Source of the DNA: Ptychomitrium polyphyllum
Taxonomy: Eukaryota
NCBI GenBank assembly: GCA_973851085.1
Contig: OZ316776.1
Span: 3,224,001 to 3,288,000 of the forward strand
Direction of reading: 5' to 3'
Length of the DNA: 64,000 bases
Below the pieces are notes generated by a model. It was not told the DNA's origin and searched no databases. It worked only from the letters and a program-made list of their open reading frames with translations. The position numbers and the translations under genes are program-made. Below are positions 1-14,587 of the stretch, piece by piece (position 1 is the first letter of the stretch; every line of letters begins with the position of its first letter).

Positions 1-447
1 TGGATCTTTAGCCCTGCTGCTTTCGGCCCCACTTTTAGGTTTACGTTTAAGTGTTATATGCGCTGAATGCATTGTTGAAACTTGAAATTACACACTTCTC
101 TACGCACAACACTGCGGGATATCTGCAACTAGATCCCTGGAGTTCTGTCGTTTACATGTAGAATTGACCCTACTGTCGACACTTCAAAAGTGCATGGTAA
201 TACAATTAAGCAAACTCAGAAATTTAAAAGAACCTGAGCAATGGAGTTCAGGCGATTACGCAGGGCACATAAATATTTCATCTAAACGTTACGCTCCATC
301 GAGCTGCTTTACACTTCACCTCGAAATGCGTACCCATTTCGAGTGAGATAAACACGAGTGAGCACACTAGTGTAGTGGGTAGGCTACACACCGCACACTA
401 GGTGTAATTTTAGTCTCTTATCCTAAGCTTATCGGCAAAGGACTCAC

Positions 448-1437
448 CGTCAACTGCCTCTCCAGGAAACATAATGGCGCTGAAGCTAACCCACTCCAGA
501 ACTGTGCCGGTGCCTACATCTTCCTGGATACTGAAGAACTTTGCTCTTCATCAAGAAGGGTACAGCTCAGACGCTGCACTCTGGAGTCACTATGGTGGTT
601 CTTCCCAAGAGGCTTCCCTTTCTATGATGCAGCTCCAACCTATTTGGTACTTCGCCAAGCCCTCGTCGCTTTCTGCGAGTAGAACCAAATTCGAAACTGT
701 GCTGGTGTTCATGACCATGGTTTTTGCACAGTCCCTTGCAAAAGGCCGAGTCGATGGCACTCACAACAGCCTCTCTTTTCCCAGTAAGCAAGTTGTGATA
801 TCAACTTTCGTGATTGTGGAAACCCCACCCTGATCTGCTGATCTTCAGAATCTCTGAAATCCCTTTCATTCTGATCGTAATTCTTGTGTCGTCAGTTAAG
901 CAGAGAACAATTTGCTTATCTGTCCCCTCGTGGAAATATCGAAAGTCGGGAACTAGGAGTACGGATGTGCACTCTGACCCAAAATAAGGAGGATGGGTAC
1001 TTCAGTCACAATGTGACCGATTTCGTAGACTTAAAATCGTCAGCTTGGTATGCCATCAATTTTGCAGACACTCTGAAGATCAAATACGACATCAATTTAG
1101 GGTACTTTAGTGTAACCTTAGCTCGGTCAACCCTAGACCCCGCCCTGGAGTTGCACCGGTAATCAAAGCATTCTATGGGAACATAATAAGTGACTTTCAA
1201 GTTCTTCACCGTCTCATTGGGGATGTCAACAGCAAAAGCGCCGCCTCTCCTTGCAACCACCAGGTGGCTCTTGTGAACGCAGTTGACGGTTGTGACGTAA
1301 CCCTGGTCGACGTAGAATGCGTCAGGACTGCTCGACAGCCCAAAAAACGTGCCCTCTCCTGTCTCGTACACAAAAGAACGCTTTCGGGCAGCTCGACAAT
1401 CCTTATTCCTGAGTCATCCAGGATTTCAAGTAAAGTT
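448..1437 (-). pseudogene. Possible degraded gene of unknown family
   Basis: Protein-like stretches (RTLLEILDDSGIRIVELPESVLLYETGEG..; FFSIQEDVGTGTVLEWVSFSAIMFPGEAVD ending at a GTGAGT donor near 447) are interrupted by stops or frame changes. No family recognised. Confidence 0.25.
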
Positions 1438-2702
1438 CTGTCTGAGAATCGTGCTATACCTACTAAACTTCACGAATCTCAACTACAAGCATTAAATTAA
1501 AAAGATTGTTTTAGAAAATATTACCCGCTGAGATTTAACTGTGCTTACTTGACAGGATGCTAACCACAGTACATTCTTCAGAAGCGCATATCACGTAGTC
1601 ATAAAAGCCACAAAATCAAAAAGTTAAAAACAATAATAGCTCTTTGCTCTCGAATATCAATCTGGTTCAAAGGAATAGACATCTGGTCTGCTTCCATACC
1701 AATTGCCACAGAGCTGTGCAGAAACAATTACTAAAAAAAATTCTTGAAACCATTGACACGTGCAGACTCTTGATATCAAATGCCAGGACTCCACACCTCA
1801 TTATCAAGTATGCTTTGTGCCACAAGCATGATAATCAAAATTTTCATACATAAAAAAAACGGTACAATCTTCTGCAAAGCTTGTGCATTTGAGATGACAA
1901 TAAAATTTCAAAACTGCCAAGACGTCATAATGCTATAACTCATCCTCCGTTGCTGCTGGCCATATTGCACTAAATTCTGGCAACTAGGTATTGCTAACAG
2001 CTAAAAAAATTTAAGAAGCAGCAGCAAACGTATATCCATCACAAGCACCATGGATATCCATCCCGGTTCGAAAATTGTTTTATACCTAACAGACGGTAAA
2101 TTTTTGAAACCGGTAAGACCTTCGCGACTTTCAGAGATAAATAAAAAAAGTCATGAAGCTCAGAATCTTCGCAACACCCAATTAATAATTAAACATTATA
2201 ACAAGTAGAAAGAACTTCTCATTCGTTAACACACAGTCCCATAGTTCGTGTATAAGTTGATAGTACTGACAAGTTACATAAAGCTATCGCATGATTCTTT
2301 ATGTCAATGTGTGGATGATGGAAACCTGTACTGTCGCTCCAAATTACTGCAAGCTTCTGCTCCAAATGTGTAGAGGTTCCCTTCAGTTCCCCTCGCTCGT
2401 AAGAAACTGCACAATGCTCCAGCGTTCTGATACCCTAGCAATCTCATAGCCAAAAAATTCTCAATCATACAACAAAAACGTCCACATGCAAGCCAATGTA
2501 ATGGAAAACTCGAGGTACTCTCCAGTACTTCAAAATGACTACACCTATATGTTAAACAGATGAATCACAGGAAGTCACAAGCCATCTTCAATACCATATA
2601 CCAGTCTGGCGACAAACGAAGTCTTACCAGCAAGTGCTCCGTACCCTAACAGTAGTCCCCCAGTCCTTGAAGGCCAAATAAGTGTTGAACCCCTAGGGTT
2701 AC

Positions 2703-3704
2703 CTAAAAACAATTCTCTCTGAAAGATGCGAGCTCACTTCGACCACGAGAGACCTCCAACTCCCTGTAAAAGCTCTGAAATCCATACATGTCTGCAACAT
2801 CCGCAAGGGTTTTGCAGCGAGTCAGAGTCTTGCCCTCGGCAAATTCCAAGCACGAGTAATGCATGATCATCTCCTTCAACGTGTGCTTGGTCCAATGCAC
2901 ATCATTCTCCCACGCCACACACTTCTTGACATACTCCTGCTTCACATCCTCCCAAAACAACTTTCCCTCGGGCCGAAACACGGATGCATTCCAAACAGCT
3001 CCTCTCGCCACCATCACTGACGAGGAGCCAGTCGCATCCTTGATACGCTGAAAGTCCGAATACTCCAACACATCCCCGTTGGCAATCACGGGAATCGACA
3101 ATGCAGACACCACTGCCGCAATCCCGTCCCACTGAGCCGGATCCCGGTGCGTCCTATCCGACACTCGCCTCCCGTGCACAGCCAACGCCGCCACCCCGGT
3201 CTTCTCAATCCTCCGCGCCAGCTCAACCGTCTCCCCGTGCGTCTTCAGCAGCCGAATCTTGCACGTAACAGGGATGTTCAAATTCCGCCTCAACGTCGTC
3301 AAGATATCGGCGATCAACTCCGGCTTGGACAAGAGCGCCGCTCCCATGCCGCCACTCGTGGAGAAGCTCTTCGGACATCCCATGTTCACATCGAACGCCG
3401 CAACGTCCCCCGCCACCGCATTCGCCACCTTCAAGCACCGCACGGCGTCCGCTGTCCCGACCTGAAAGACCACGCGGTGCTTCTCCGCGTCACAGGTGCG
3501 GAACACAACCTCCTTGCTCGCCTTCTCCACAAAATCCACCGTCCCTAGGGTTTCATTCACGACGCGCCCGCACCGCAACATCTTGTGGTCCACTATCTCC
3601 TCTCCGTAGGTTATGTCCGCCCCGTAATCCGCCGTTAGCATCCGAAATGACAATCCCCCGACGCGCACCATCGGCGCCAGAACATGCTTCCCTCTGTACT
3701 CCAT
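2703..3704 (-). CDS. DUS2: tRNA-dihydrouridine synthase (DUS2-like, FMN-linked), intronless
   Basis: ORF with DUS motifs VLAPMVRVG..FR, FQVGTAD, DVNMGCPKSFS..GGMGAALL, PVTCKIR, VHGR, IPVIANGDV, VMVARGA. Likely start is MEYRGK (ATG at 3704); the ORF extends upstream to 3809. Confidence 0.92.
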   Translation of the reverse strand: MEYRGKHVLAPMVRVGGLSFRMLTADYGADITYGEEIVDHKMLRCGRVVNETLGTVDFVEKASKEVVFRTCDAEKHRVVFQVGTADAVRCLKVANAVAGDVAAFDVNMGCPKSFSTSGGMGAALLSKPELIADILTTLRRNLNIPVTCKIRLLKTHGETVELARRIEKTGVAALAVHGRRVSDRTHRDPAQWDGIAAVVSALSIPVIANGDVLEYSDFQRIKDATGSSSVMVARGAVWNASVFRPEGKLFWEDVKQEYVKKCVAWENDVHWTKHTLKEMIMHYSCLEFAEGKTLTRCKTLADVADMYGFQSFYRELEVSRGRSELASFRENCF

Positions 3705-3761
3705 CTCCGCACTCACAGCTCCTCCGGGCTCGTCCTCTCTCCTACAACACTGAACGCGAGT

Positions 3762-4180
3762 GAGAAGCTGTCGTGTCTGTCTGCAAAGAAGCTCGCTTGT
3801 CCACTTCATTTGATAACCTCCTGTGTATCATCATAGTATTTACCGAGTATAACAAGGGTATAATCATCAGTATCGATCGTATATAACCTAGATATCACCC
3901 GAGTACGTCCCCTACCCCACCACAACGACGAAGCCGAGCTTCTCCTCTCCTCGATAACGGGAATTCATTGTCCACTTCACATGATACCCGCTTAGTTATC
4001 ACAAGTGTATTGCAAGGTGAAAGCGAGTATAACAAACTCATCTCATATGTATCACTTGGATATCACCTCTACACACTGTACATCAAGAAGCCCAGCTTCT
4101 GGTCTCTCCTGTCACGAAGTAACCTTGTCCATAACTGATACCCGCTTTAGTACTACTATAGTATCACGCGGGTATTAAAG
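3762..4180. repeat. Three degenerate ~160-bp tandem units upstream of DUS2
   Basis: Shared blocks GAAGC..AGCTTCT / TTGTCCA(C/T) / TGATA(A/C)C recur near 3797, 3968 and 4125, each followed by phased GTAT tetramers. Confidence 0.7.
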
Positions 4181-5087
4181 CAGTGGCACATGTGCGTTTA
4201 AACTAGACATTATTTATTAAAAATTCACAATAAACTGCCCTCCTCCCTCTTTCCTTCGGATCTAAAAGTCGTAATTATGCTTAAAACCAAGAATATCAGC
4301 ATAAGTTAGAATTTTTGGAATCTTGAAAGGTCATCAATAGTGTCTCTTGTAGCGTAAAGGTGTCATCATTGTGTTAATACTTCTTGGCGGTTCAAAGGAA
4401 GAAAAACTTGAAATTAGGACTTTGTCGTGTGGACATCATTCGGAAGAGAAAACGTATGAGTGATGCACTAAAGAGTAACGGATGTACACCCAAAACCGTC
4501 ACTGGACCTACAGCCATAATCTACTAAAGTATACGTTTCATTTCATGGAATCTTCATAAACGTAGGTAATGTTAAATCTGTGTATAGTGAATCAATACTG
4601 TTGTATATAGTGGCTGTTAGTCACTGGGTTTAGAACCCATATTTTCTTCACTATACGTAGATTTTGTAAAATGAAATATACGTGAGCGCATGAGAATGTC
4701 AGTGAAGATTTGGGTACTGTGAGAATTATACGTATGCATCCTTTACGTTGCTGGATTCGCATTTCCGTATGCATTATCGTTTTGGAGAGTCGATGTTATT
4801 TAGTCATTTTCCAAATGGCGCATGAAAAATGCGATTTTATTTAGTGAAAGAGCAGAATAATCGAAAGAATGAGATGTGTCTAATTACACTAGAGTACTTA
4901 TAAGGTTCAGTCTACCACTGTCATCGTGCTGCGAACGGAATCCGAAGGCTGAGTCTTGTGCATGTTTCACTATTGTTCTAGCCATGAAGACCTTCCTACC
5001 CACGCCCAAGTGATCACTCCCTACTTTCCAAAACTGATGTAGTCAGCTAGAATGAATGTATGTTCACCAACTACGGGTTGATTGTGT

Positions 5088-7132
5088 TCAGATGAGCGCG
5101 ATGGAGTAGCCATCCGGATGCCGTTGGCGCCACCTCCAAGCGTCGGATAGGCTCTCTCTCAAGTCGAAGTGTTGCGCCGACCAGTTCAGTTCGCGTTGGA
5201 TCTTGGACGGATCGCTGTAAACTTCGGCGTAGTCTCCAGGTCGCCGGTCGAGGATCGTCACAGTGACGTTCACGCCTGTTGCGTACTTGCATGCTTCCAC
5301 GAATTCCTTCACAGAACTCCCTGTACCACAAGCAGACAGAGATGTTCGACTGTTAATTCAGAGACTCTCTCTCGGAGTTTTATGAACATGCATGCCGAAA
5401 TGAAGTAGAAGAAGGGCAGGTGGTAGGTGGATGGCTTGTACCTTTGCCAGTGCCGACGTTGTAAATAGAGACCTTCCCTCTCTCCGCCTTATTCATGGCC
5501 TTAACGTGAGCATCCACTAGATCTGTAACATGGATGTAATCACGAATGCATGTGCCATCTGAAGTGTTGTAGTCTTGTCCCCTCACCTAGCAGATACATA
5601 CACATGAGAAGATTCAGGACAACAAAATCTCTGTTAACACCTGGATTTCTCCACAATTTGCCCCTTCTGTACTTGTGTCTGAAAGTTGGCGATAGACCTA
5701 AAACATTTGAACACAATACAGCGCAAAAGGGTAGTATATACAAAGTGGTGTTGAATGCCCTGTGCGGATACTCCGTAGCAACTTCTGGAGAACAAACCTG
5801 TATTCCAGGGATGATCCCCGTTGCGGCGTCGAAACAAGCTCCGGAGATGCGCGCATGCTTGCGGAGCTCCGGTCGTGGTGCTTCACCTAGCCTGCCCTCT
5901 GGATCTGAACCGATGACATTGAAGTATCTGCACGCAAGGCATTTAATTTGTCAGGAACGTCATTTATTGGTACAGGCTGCTCTCTGGCCCGATCGGGTGA
6001 GAAAAGCGTTTGCTATTATGCTTCGCAGGATGCAAAAGACAGCTCACAAAACAACTTAAAGATACAATGCATCGTGAAGGTGGACCAGAGCAGTACCTCA
6101 AGATCATCACAGAAAAATCTGCTGTTCTTGCGAAGTCCTTGATCAAATCTTCCGACATCTTCTTTGCCTTTCCATAGGGGTTAATTGGTACCTGTTCCAT
6201 CGGCAATCAGCCATGGCGTTTTAAGGGTTTACACTACTTGGACTGCGACTTTCACGACGAAAAACAGCGACACACATTCGAAACGGATCAGAGTAAAATA
6301 CCTGGGGCGTGTCTTCAGTAATAGGCATCTGCTCAGGCTCCCCATACGTCGCGCAAGTGCTCGAGTAGATGAGCTTCTTCACTCCGTGCGTCTTCATGGC
6401 TTCCAAGACTGTCAAAGTATTAAACGTGATATTGTGGTAATACCGCAATGGATCCGCCATACTCTCGCTCACGTAAGCAATAGCTGCAAAGTGCATCACT
6501 GCATCGATGGCATTCCGTGCAAAAATCTCGTTCACGCGCTTGCTGTCACCGAGGTCGCCATAAAGGAACTGCAACCTGCCTGGCTCAGGAAACAACGCTT
6601 GCAATTGCTCCACCGCTCCTATGTTTCCGCGTGAAAGATTATCCTGCATTTCCCCGCAAAAGTTTAAAACATCTATCAAAGGGCACGAAAGTAAAGGTCT
6701 TACCTCATACAACGTGGTTGTTCTTTCTCCGCGGTTATAGCAAGAAACTTGGAACAAGGACGTAGTTAAGAGACATACAACGACGGTAACGCGGTGGCCG
6801 TCTTCAAGCAGGCGCAACGCGGCATGAGAGCCAATGAACCCGGCCCCTCCCGTCACCAGAACATGGATCACTTCTCTCTCGTGCATTGCAAACTGCACAC
6901 AGATCACAATTGTGAAGTCAAGCCACAGTCTGTAACCCTTGAAGATTCGCCGTTACCAGTGCAAAGAAGCATACTGGGTTTATCTTATCTGGGTACCTGG
7001 AGTAAGAGAAACTCAGAGCTATACCTTGTTGGGACCAGCAAGAGTACCCGAACGGCGTAAGGCACTCATGCAAAAGGCGGTGAGAAACACTGCCAGCACC
7101 ACCTTGCCAACGAAGTACAACCGAGGCTGCAT
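5088..7132 (-). CDS. UXE: UDP-D-xylose/UDP-L-arabinose 4-epimerase (MUR4/UXE family), type II membrane SDR
   Basis: Exons 7132-7025, 6892-6779, 6643-6302, 6191-6097, 5927-5798, 5586-5442, 5320-5088 (GT-AG). Motifs [65 protein letters not shown]-terminal TM segment [13 protein letters not shown]. True start uncertain; further 5' exons may exist up to ~8480. Confidence 0.93.
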
Positions 7133-9001
7133 ACTTGAGCAATCGAAACCTACAAAAAAAACACGTTTCCACGCGCAAGGTAAGTCGCCACTCCCATCCT
7201 TCCTTTAAGACCCGTGACAAACCTTCAGAGGGAGGCAATCATCGTCCTTCAAGCTGAAGCAACAGCGATCAAAACCTCTGCGCACCTTATAGCCTCTCCA
7301 ATTCCGTTTATTTGCGAGCCACTTCGCAAGTCAGTAGTCTCAAGGAAACTACCGTACCGAAAAGGACAATATCGTCCTTCGTTAAAATCTGTAACTAGAC
7401 ACGCTACCTGGGAAATTGAGGTTCAAAATTGTGAGTAGAGACACGTGTGTGTGCACGTCGAAGTTCGTAACTCTACCGATCACAAACAAGATCAGTGCCG
7501 GGTTCCCACGACCTTTCCGGCTATACGTACTCAAAACGCGATCCAGAATTCACTACCATTAAAGACTATTTCGCGCATCCTGAAAAACAAATTTAAAAAA
7601 TTGCATTCTGCTTCTGCAATCAAGAAAAGCTAAGGGAACTGCGCAAAGCTCGCCAAAACCACAGAAACGCAGCCTACTATGTTTCTCATAAACCCCTGTT
7701 CACCAACTCTGTTCCTCCGCTGTGAATGTAGAATGCACAGAAAAACAATCACCACTCTAAACAACACACGCGAAAGCACGCATTGCTTTGAAAACAAGGT
7801 TGTGGAGCATCTGAACACGAATCCCCTGCGCCCAACCACCACAGAAAGAGAGAGATACACATACAAAAAACTACAGGCAAGAAGCTACCTCCAAAAGTGT
7901 AGGTCCGCGAAAGCCTTGGACTTCGACGACGGAAAATAGGCGACGAAACGCCCGAAGGCAGCGCCGATCCCAAGCTCCCCATCACCACCACCCAGCCCCG
8001 TCAACAACCCCACCTTCTCCCACCTATCGCTCAAGCTTTTCCCGAGGCGCTATCACCAAGCTTCCATCACCAACACCAACACCAACGACAACAACAGCAA
8101 CGAGACTGTGAAGCCCTCTTCTCTTCCAAGTTTCTCCCCTCCTATCCTCCTCCTCGTCTTCCCAAACTCACACCCTGATACCTCTGAAAAAAACCAACAC
8201 CGCCTTGGAAACAACGCCCGGGGAATCCTGTTTGCAAATGAGCTTCACCAAAGGGAACAACAATAGCAGCAACAGCAACGTCAGTCTAAATCTCTCTGCA
8301 TCTGATGCTCTCCCATCAAAATGCAGGCTTCTCTCCCTCCCGCTGGAAGTCCCCAAAGAGCGGCAACAAAACTGCCGCCTTGAGTGAGCTGCCCCAGATG
8401 GTAGCGCCTCACTCGCACATCCGACACGGCCCTCCAAGCTGTCTCCTTTCCTAGAGCGAGTAGGGGAATACTCTCCCTCTCTCTCTCTCTACTTTCCTCT
8501 CACTTGTGCAGTAAAAGCAGCAAGCCGTCATCTTTTTATGCCTTCGCTTCATCCCCAATCGCGCCTACACGTAACGGCGGTCGGCGAGCCATGTGCATGT
8601 TGCAACCAGTCACTGGAACCTCAACCCGGCGCTGGCGCTGACAGTCAATAGAACAGTCGCACTAGTCCCAACGTGGCAGCTTGTCCACTTGGTGTGATAC
8701 CCGCCGGTATCGGCGGAGCAGGTCAGTATCCAGACATCGTACGTCGAGTAGCAAGGATTCGAACCGTGGTTCGATTTTTGGGGAGCGAAGGAGGGTGGCA
8801 GCGAATGATTGGCGGAAAAGGATCGGCACGTGAGGGCTGGCAAGAGAGTAAGAGGGCGGATGTAATTGCTGATTGGCAGGGGGCGCAATGCTTTCAGGTA
8901 AATGGTAGGATGGCGACGTAACATACTATATTACGTGGCCACATATATTCTTATATTCTTTTATGTTGTGATACACCATCCGTACGTATGTATTTGTTCT
9001 G

Positions 9002-9060
9002 TATTATTATTATTCTTATTATTATTCTTATTATTATTATTATTATTATTATATATTATT
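9002..9060. repeat. (TTA)n microsatellite
   Basis: Imperfect run of TTA/ATT units read directly. Confidence 0.9.
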
Positions 9061-11412
9061 TCCTAATAATATAAAGAAGGAAATTGTTAGGCAAAACTTA
9101 GTCTTTATAATAAATCTTTTATGCTATTGTGCTTTTTTAATGATGTTAGACAATTCTTTAGAGTTGCTTTTGGTGATAGTGTTTTGACTCCCGTATCCAA
9201 CTAGCTTTTATAGGATTTCTATTTGATGTTAGAACATGACAAGTTTCTAAATTGATGTAGTTACATGACTATTATTTTAATTCACATCATTTACAACAAG
9301 TTGACTATGAGATTGATTGAAATTATATGTGTGATCAAAAATTTTTGTGCCTCACCTTATTTATGTTGTTACGATTTGGAACATGATGTTTTTATATTAA
9401 AAAAAAATTTATGGCTTTGAAGGATTAGAAACAAAGGCTTATTACTACATGTTTTCGAAGCTTTTGATAAATTGTTGATTGTAGCCTTTGTCAATGCCGT
9501 CCTTACACCTTTTTATAATGTATTTTAAAACAAAAACATTAAGAATAAATGATTTGGTGTTGTTAAATTGTTTTCTAAAAAATATAATTATGAAGTTGAA
9601 TTTTAGTAGTTGTACATTCTATAGAAAAAAACTTATGAATTGTATCAATATTACATTAGAAGATTATAACATTTTATAACATTGAAATTATAATGCTTAG
9701 TTTTCTTGTGGTTTTGAAAATAGTTTTTAATATTCATAATAACGAAAAAATTATAACCTTGAAAAAAAAATCTTAGCTAAAGATTGATTAAAAAATCATG
9801 AAATTTATTAAAGCTTCAAATCATTCTTATAACTAGTTTGATAAAATTTGTAATACAGTTTTTTCTTCAAAATATACTATATTTAAGGCACGTTTAGCAT
9901 TAAAACTTTAAGTTTGGCAATGGGCTTCCAAACACAATGATTGAAATTAAAATATTCATTGTAAAACTTCTTAAAGAATTTTTGGAACTAGAAATTGACA
10001 TCTTCAATTATTTGACAAAGAAATTAATTTTAAAAGTACTAAACAATGAACAAATTAATTATTAGAGGAATTTTTAACTTTAAGTTGTAGATTATATCAA
10101 ATGTAGAAAGCTTAGGCTTATAATGGTTTAAAGCATAATTCATTATAATAACTATTTTGTTTTAATGGTATTCTAAAATAATGTTTTTCATTTTTATAAA
10201 ATCCAAAAGGCAATTTTTTTATTCTTTTGGATGCAATATAAATTTTATATTTTTCTCTATCAATACTTTATATTTGCATTTAAATGACGTCAGTTAATAT
10301 TGTTAAAATACAGTCCAATTGATTACAATGTTGTATGTTCAATAACTTATTATAAAATGGATAAAATCTTGCAATTTAACTAATGATATTTAATAAGAAA
10401 AAAACACATATGCAATTGATGGTGGTGTCCTATTTTATGGTCATTTTATAGGAAGATAAAATTTGCAATTGTGTCAAAAAGAAATATTGTGCATAAATTT
10501 TATCTTATCTTTGTAATTTTACTCTGCATAAAATTCTTATGCATATAAAAAATGATTTTTCCTTAAGATACATACATTTTATTGAGTATTTATATACAAA
10601 AAAATAATAATAATTCTTTTAAAGTTGTAGTAAATGAATATAACTTATGCCCGCAAGACATAGAGTAAAAATGCAAAAACATATTTTTTATGATGAAAAG
10701 TAGGCCTAAGTTGATTGATCTACATAGGGACCAAATTTTAATAGCAAAAGAATTGCATTTGGAATATATATTTATAATTATTTATCATTAAAATGGATGT
10801 TCAAGAGTTTTGCTTAATATCTTATGCTAAAATATTTTTACAGTTTTACAAAGATTTCTCTTAATACTCTTTAAAATCCAAAAGTGGTTTTTAAAAATTT
10901 TAGATTCATTTTTATAAAAAAATTAAACACTTCTTCAACACATATAATAGTTCATCTTCATACATTTTAGTAAAATTACTTCTAATGACTTAAGTAGATG
11001 TACCTTATACTATCTTATATTCAAAAGCTTCAGTTATAAATCAATATTGAACATATATTCGATATTCATGTTCAGAAAAAATCATAGATTTTAAAATATT
11101 CTTAATGGCATGAATACAAACAGAAATTTAGCTTTTCATAAAATTGTGCATGATTAAAGGTTTTTTATGATTGCATGCAATTACAAATCTTTACATATCT
11201 AAATAGAAATGGACACTTTCCATAATTTATGCATGATATCTTGAAGCATTTAAAATTCTAAAATCTGCATGCAGAAACAACCAATTTTGATTTTTATGTG
11301 CAAAACAATATTTTACATTCTAATATTCTATTAAACGAATTTAATTTTAGGAACTCAAAAGATGGACAAAATAAAAATGGATGCCTTTATAAATTTTTTT
11401 AACATCAAAATT

Positions 11413-11531
11413 GTATATGTGTATAAATATACACACACATATCTATATATATATATATATATATATAATCATACACATACATACACATACATACACATAT
11501 ATTTATGTATGTATACATATACATACATATA
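11413..11531. repeat. Compound (AT)n/(AC)n/(ACAT)n microsatellite
   Basis: Read directly inside an AT-rich intergenic block. Confidence 0.9.
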
Positions 11532-14503
11532 ATAGGTAGTTATAATTGATTTTTATAGGATATAAATTCTACATGCTTATGAATATTATGTATTTTAAAG
11601 TTAGACAAAATAATTTATTCTATTCCCTACTTTGTTGTATTTTTTTATAAAGTATTTTAGTTTTGTAATTTATTCCAGATTTTGCTTCGAAAAATGCATT
11701 GCAGATACAAATTAAAGCACTTAAGTATATAAGGAAAAAGAAAATCTCTTAAAATTATCAAATCATATTCTATTTCAAAATTCTTATCATTTTTAAGCTA
11801 CCATATGTCTGTAATTTGAAAAAACCAATCTTTTAAGATTTATAAATGTATCAAGCGGGTGCATTTGTTTTAAAACTTGTTCTTTTCACAATATCATATA
11901 AATGAAAAGCTGAAAGATAAATTACCAAAAAAATACCATTAGATTGTCAATTCAATAATCCATATCCATTACTAAAAGAAACGTGCTAATTCTGTCATCT
12001 TCTTCATGTAAATTATCAAAAACACCACTTTTTTGTCTTTTATGATACAAAGGATGAACAATTCCTATGAGTTTGTAATTAAATCTTGGCATGCTGTGCC
12101 CTTCAATACCAATGCACCAAGAGTGTAAAAAAACTTACACATGACTTCCCATAAAATTAAATCTCTAATTTGGATTTTTGCCAAACAAAGAGAGTCACCA
12201 CCTCATTTTGAAAATAGTGTGAAGGATCATGCTAATCTTCCAAGATATTGGGAAGCATATTTGACTTTACAATGGAGTAGTCTCTAGAAATTATTGCCTT
12301 TCGCATAAACTCAACTTTCAAAAATTTAATTATTTTTATCCAGAGCTTTATTCCTGTTTAATCTCCACTACATAGCATCACCAAACAATGGAAGGAGCTA
12401 CGCTTTGTAATAGAATATTATGATTGTTCTAATAAGTGGAGAAAAAACTACTCAAGATAGCAAGGGTTTACCTCTTACAATATCTTGTGAAAAACACTTG
12501 ACCTTGAAGCACATACAATACATTCTGGAACCTTCAATATTTTGAAAAAAACCCACCTTCCAAACAGGGATTGTAAATTGAGTCAAAACTGACATCCAAA
12601 ATCCTACAACCCTCATGCACAACTGGTAGTTACTGGTGAAGAATTATATGCAATGCTGCAATAATACGGGTGTGCTTCAAAGCAACCACTAGGAGGTCAA
12701 CACTCATGCATCCCATACTGTAATCTTTATTGTCTATGAATTTTACCACATGCACATCTACATCCACATTACTGTGTTAAAAGACATATATCCACCATAG
12801 TTAGTTGCATATATCACAATGATCTAGTTCTTTATTGCACAACTAGTTCACTCTTTCTGCTTCCACATATTGGTGAGTGGCAAATTATCAGGAATGCCTA
12901 CCTTGAGAGGGTTTCAGAATAAACATCCAGCCTCAGCTGACTGTAGTGCATCAGAGATTAGAGAGATGCTTTGAGAGTTGTACAACTTGAATTATTGGAA
13001 ACTGGACTCCAGTGAAGGCATTGGACTGCACTGTTTTGAATTGGCTTATTGCATGACCACTTTTGTCTTTGGCAATGTAATTGCCATATTGGATGTTGCA
13101 CAGTACGTTTGAACAATTCTACCAAGTCTGGATACACATGAACAACGTATTGCTACTGAAGCTTTGCCGAACTTAAATGGCATGCCTTTCCTTTCCGTTG
13201 TCCAGAAGACATTGAGACGGTGACTTGCTTGATAGGCTCCCAAGTCAGTTTCATGACAAGTACAATCTAGCAACACTTAGTGAAATAATCCACTTCCAAG
13301 TTGGTAGAGCTGAGCTGAAAGGACATCCGCCTCATATGTGAAACATGTACATAATTTCGAGTATCCCATTCACATTTATCAACTCTACATTCTTGTGTGC
13401 AATTGGATGAAATCTATTATGCCATAGGTAGTAAGTTAAATACATGTTATCTAGTTATAGCCAAAAACATTTTTAACATGCTAGGTAGAACTAGCAATAG
13501 ACGCTAGGTTGATGCAACTACAATCTAAAGTTATTCTCATGTAGGACTGGAGCAGATCTTTGCAGGTTTTTATACTAGATTCTAAATCTACTGTATTTCA
13601 AAGGCAAAGATGGATCAAAATCATGGTTGCTTTCAGGCGGTTCTCCCAAGGGGCATCATAGAACATGCAAGCTTTAGTTGCATGCAAATGTGTCATATAA
13701 TTGGGGTTGTCCTATTATGAAGTGTCATAATAAGGGGGTTAGAGACTTTAGAGTGTATCTGGCACTGAAAAGAGGAGTATACTGTATCAGGGCCATCTGG
13801 GCAGGCCATTTGAGCCTCTCCCTGTGAATGCCCATTTCCCAAGTACTGGAGTTCTTTATGAGCCCCAAATTAAGCACACTGTGCACATCACACGGACTCA
13901 TGTTGCTGTGAGCAGTGTTCACATGCATCGCACCCGTCCATGTTCTCTGGATCTTGACATATGGCAATATCCGGGTGCCTCCACAGAGACCAGGAGATGG
14001 GCTCCTAACTTGATGATTGTTCTCAGAGACAGGACTGAGACAAAGGACATCTACGAGTAGGGCGTGTCATGCGCTCCTTTCACAGTTTTGAGAATTCAGA
14101 GATATTCACTGGGGGAGTCATAATGTTCCAGATGTTTATGCATGTCTGTAGGTTTCAAAGGAGGTTTCAGTATTGAATGCTCACTGTTACGTAATACATT
14201 ATATTATGGACCCTTGCACATGCAAAACTTTGACCTCTACATCAGTTGTAATTTGGGACCTGCTTCCAGTGTGATATTAAATTTGTCTATATCTCACCAT
14301 GTAAAAATAATTTCATTTCTTGAAGAAGTGTGCATATTTATTCATGAAATGTACAAACCTCCCTTCCATTTCCTGTAGTATGCATCAGCAGTGATATATG
14401 CTACACCTGTCTTGCTTTACATAGTAGATTCACTTGTGCCATTCTTAAACCTCTGCCATGTAGAATCAGAATCCAAGGCAATTCAAGGAAATATCTTTAC
14501 AAG

Positions 14504-14587
14504 ACGAGTGCCATTTCAGAATGTCTCGTTCATAAACCATTTGGTCTCTTCTTTAATGAACGAGTGCCATTTCAGAATGTCTCGTTC
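14504..14587. repeat. 28-bp direct repeat, two copies, with internal inverted symmetry
   Basis: ACGAGTGCCATTTCAGAATGTCTCGTTC at 14504-14531 and 14560-14587. Confidence 0.85.

Noticed and set aside
8940..12800. AT-rich block as an identifiable transposon
   Set aside because: No LTRs, terminal inverted repeats or transposase/RT motifs could be read. It may be decayed TE DNA but no call is supportable. The same applies to 25.1-26.6, 29.8-31.3 and 49.7-50.8 kb.
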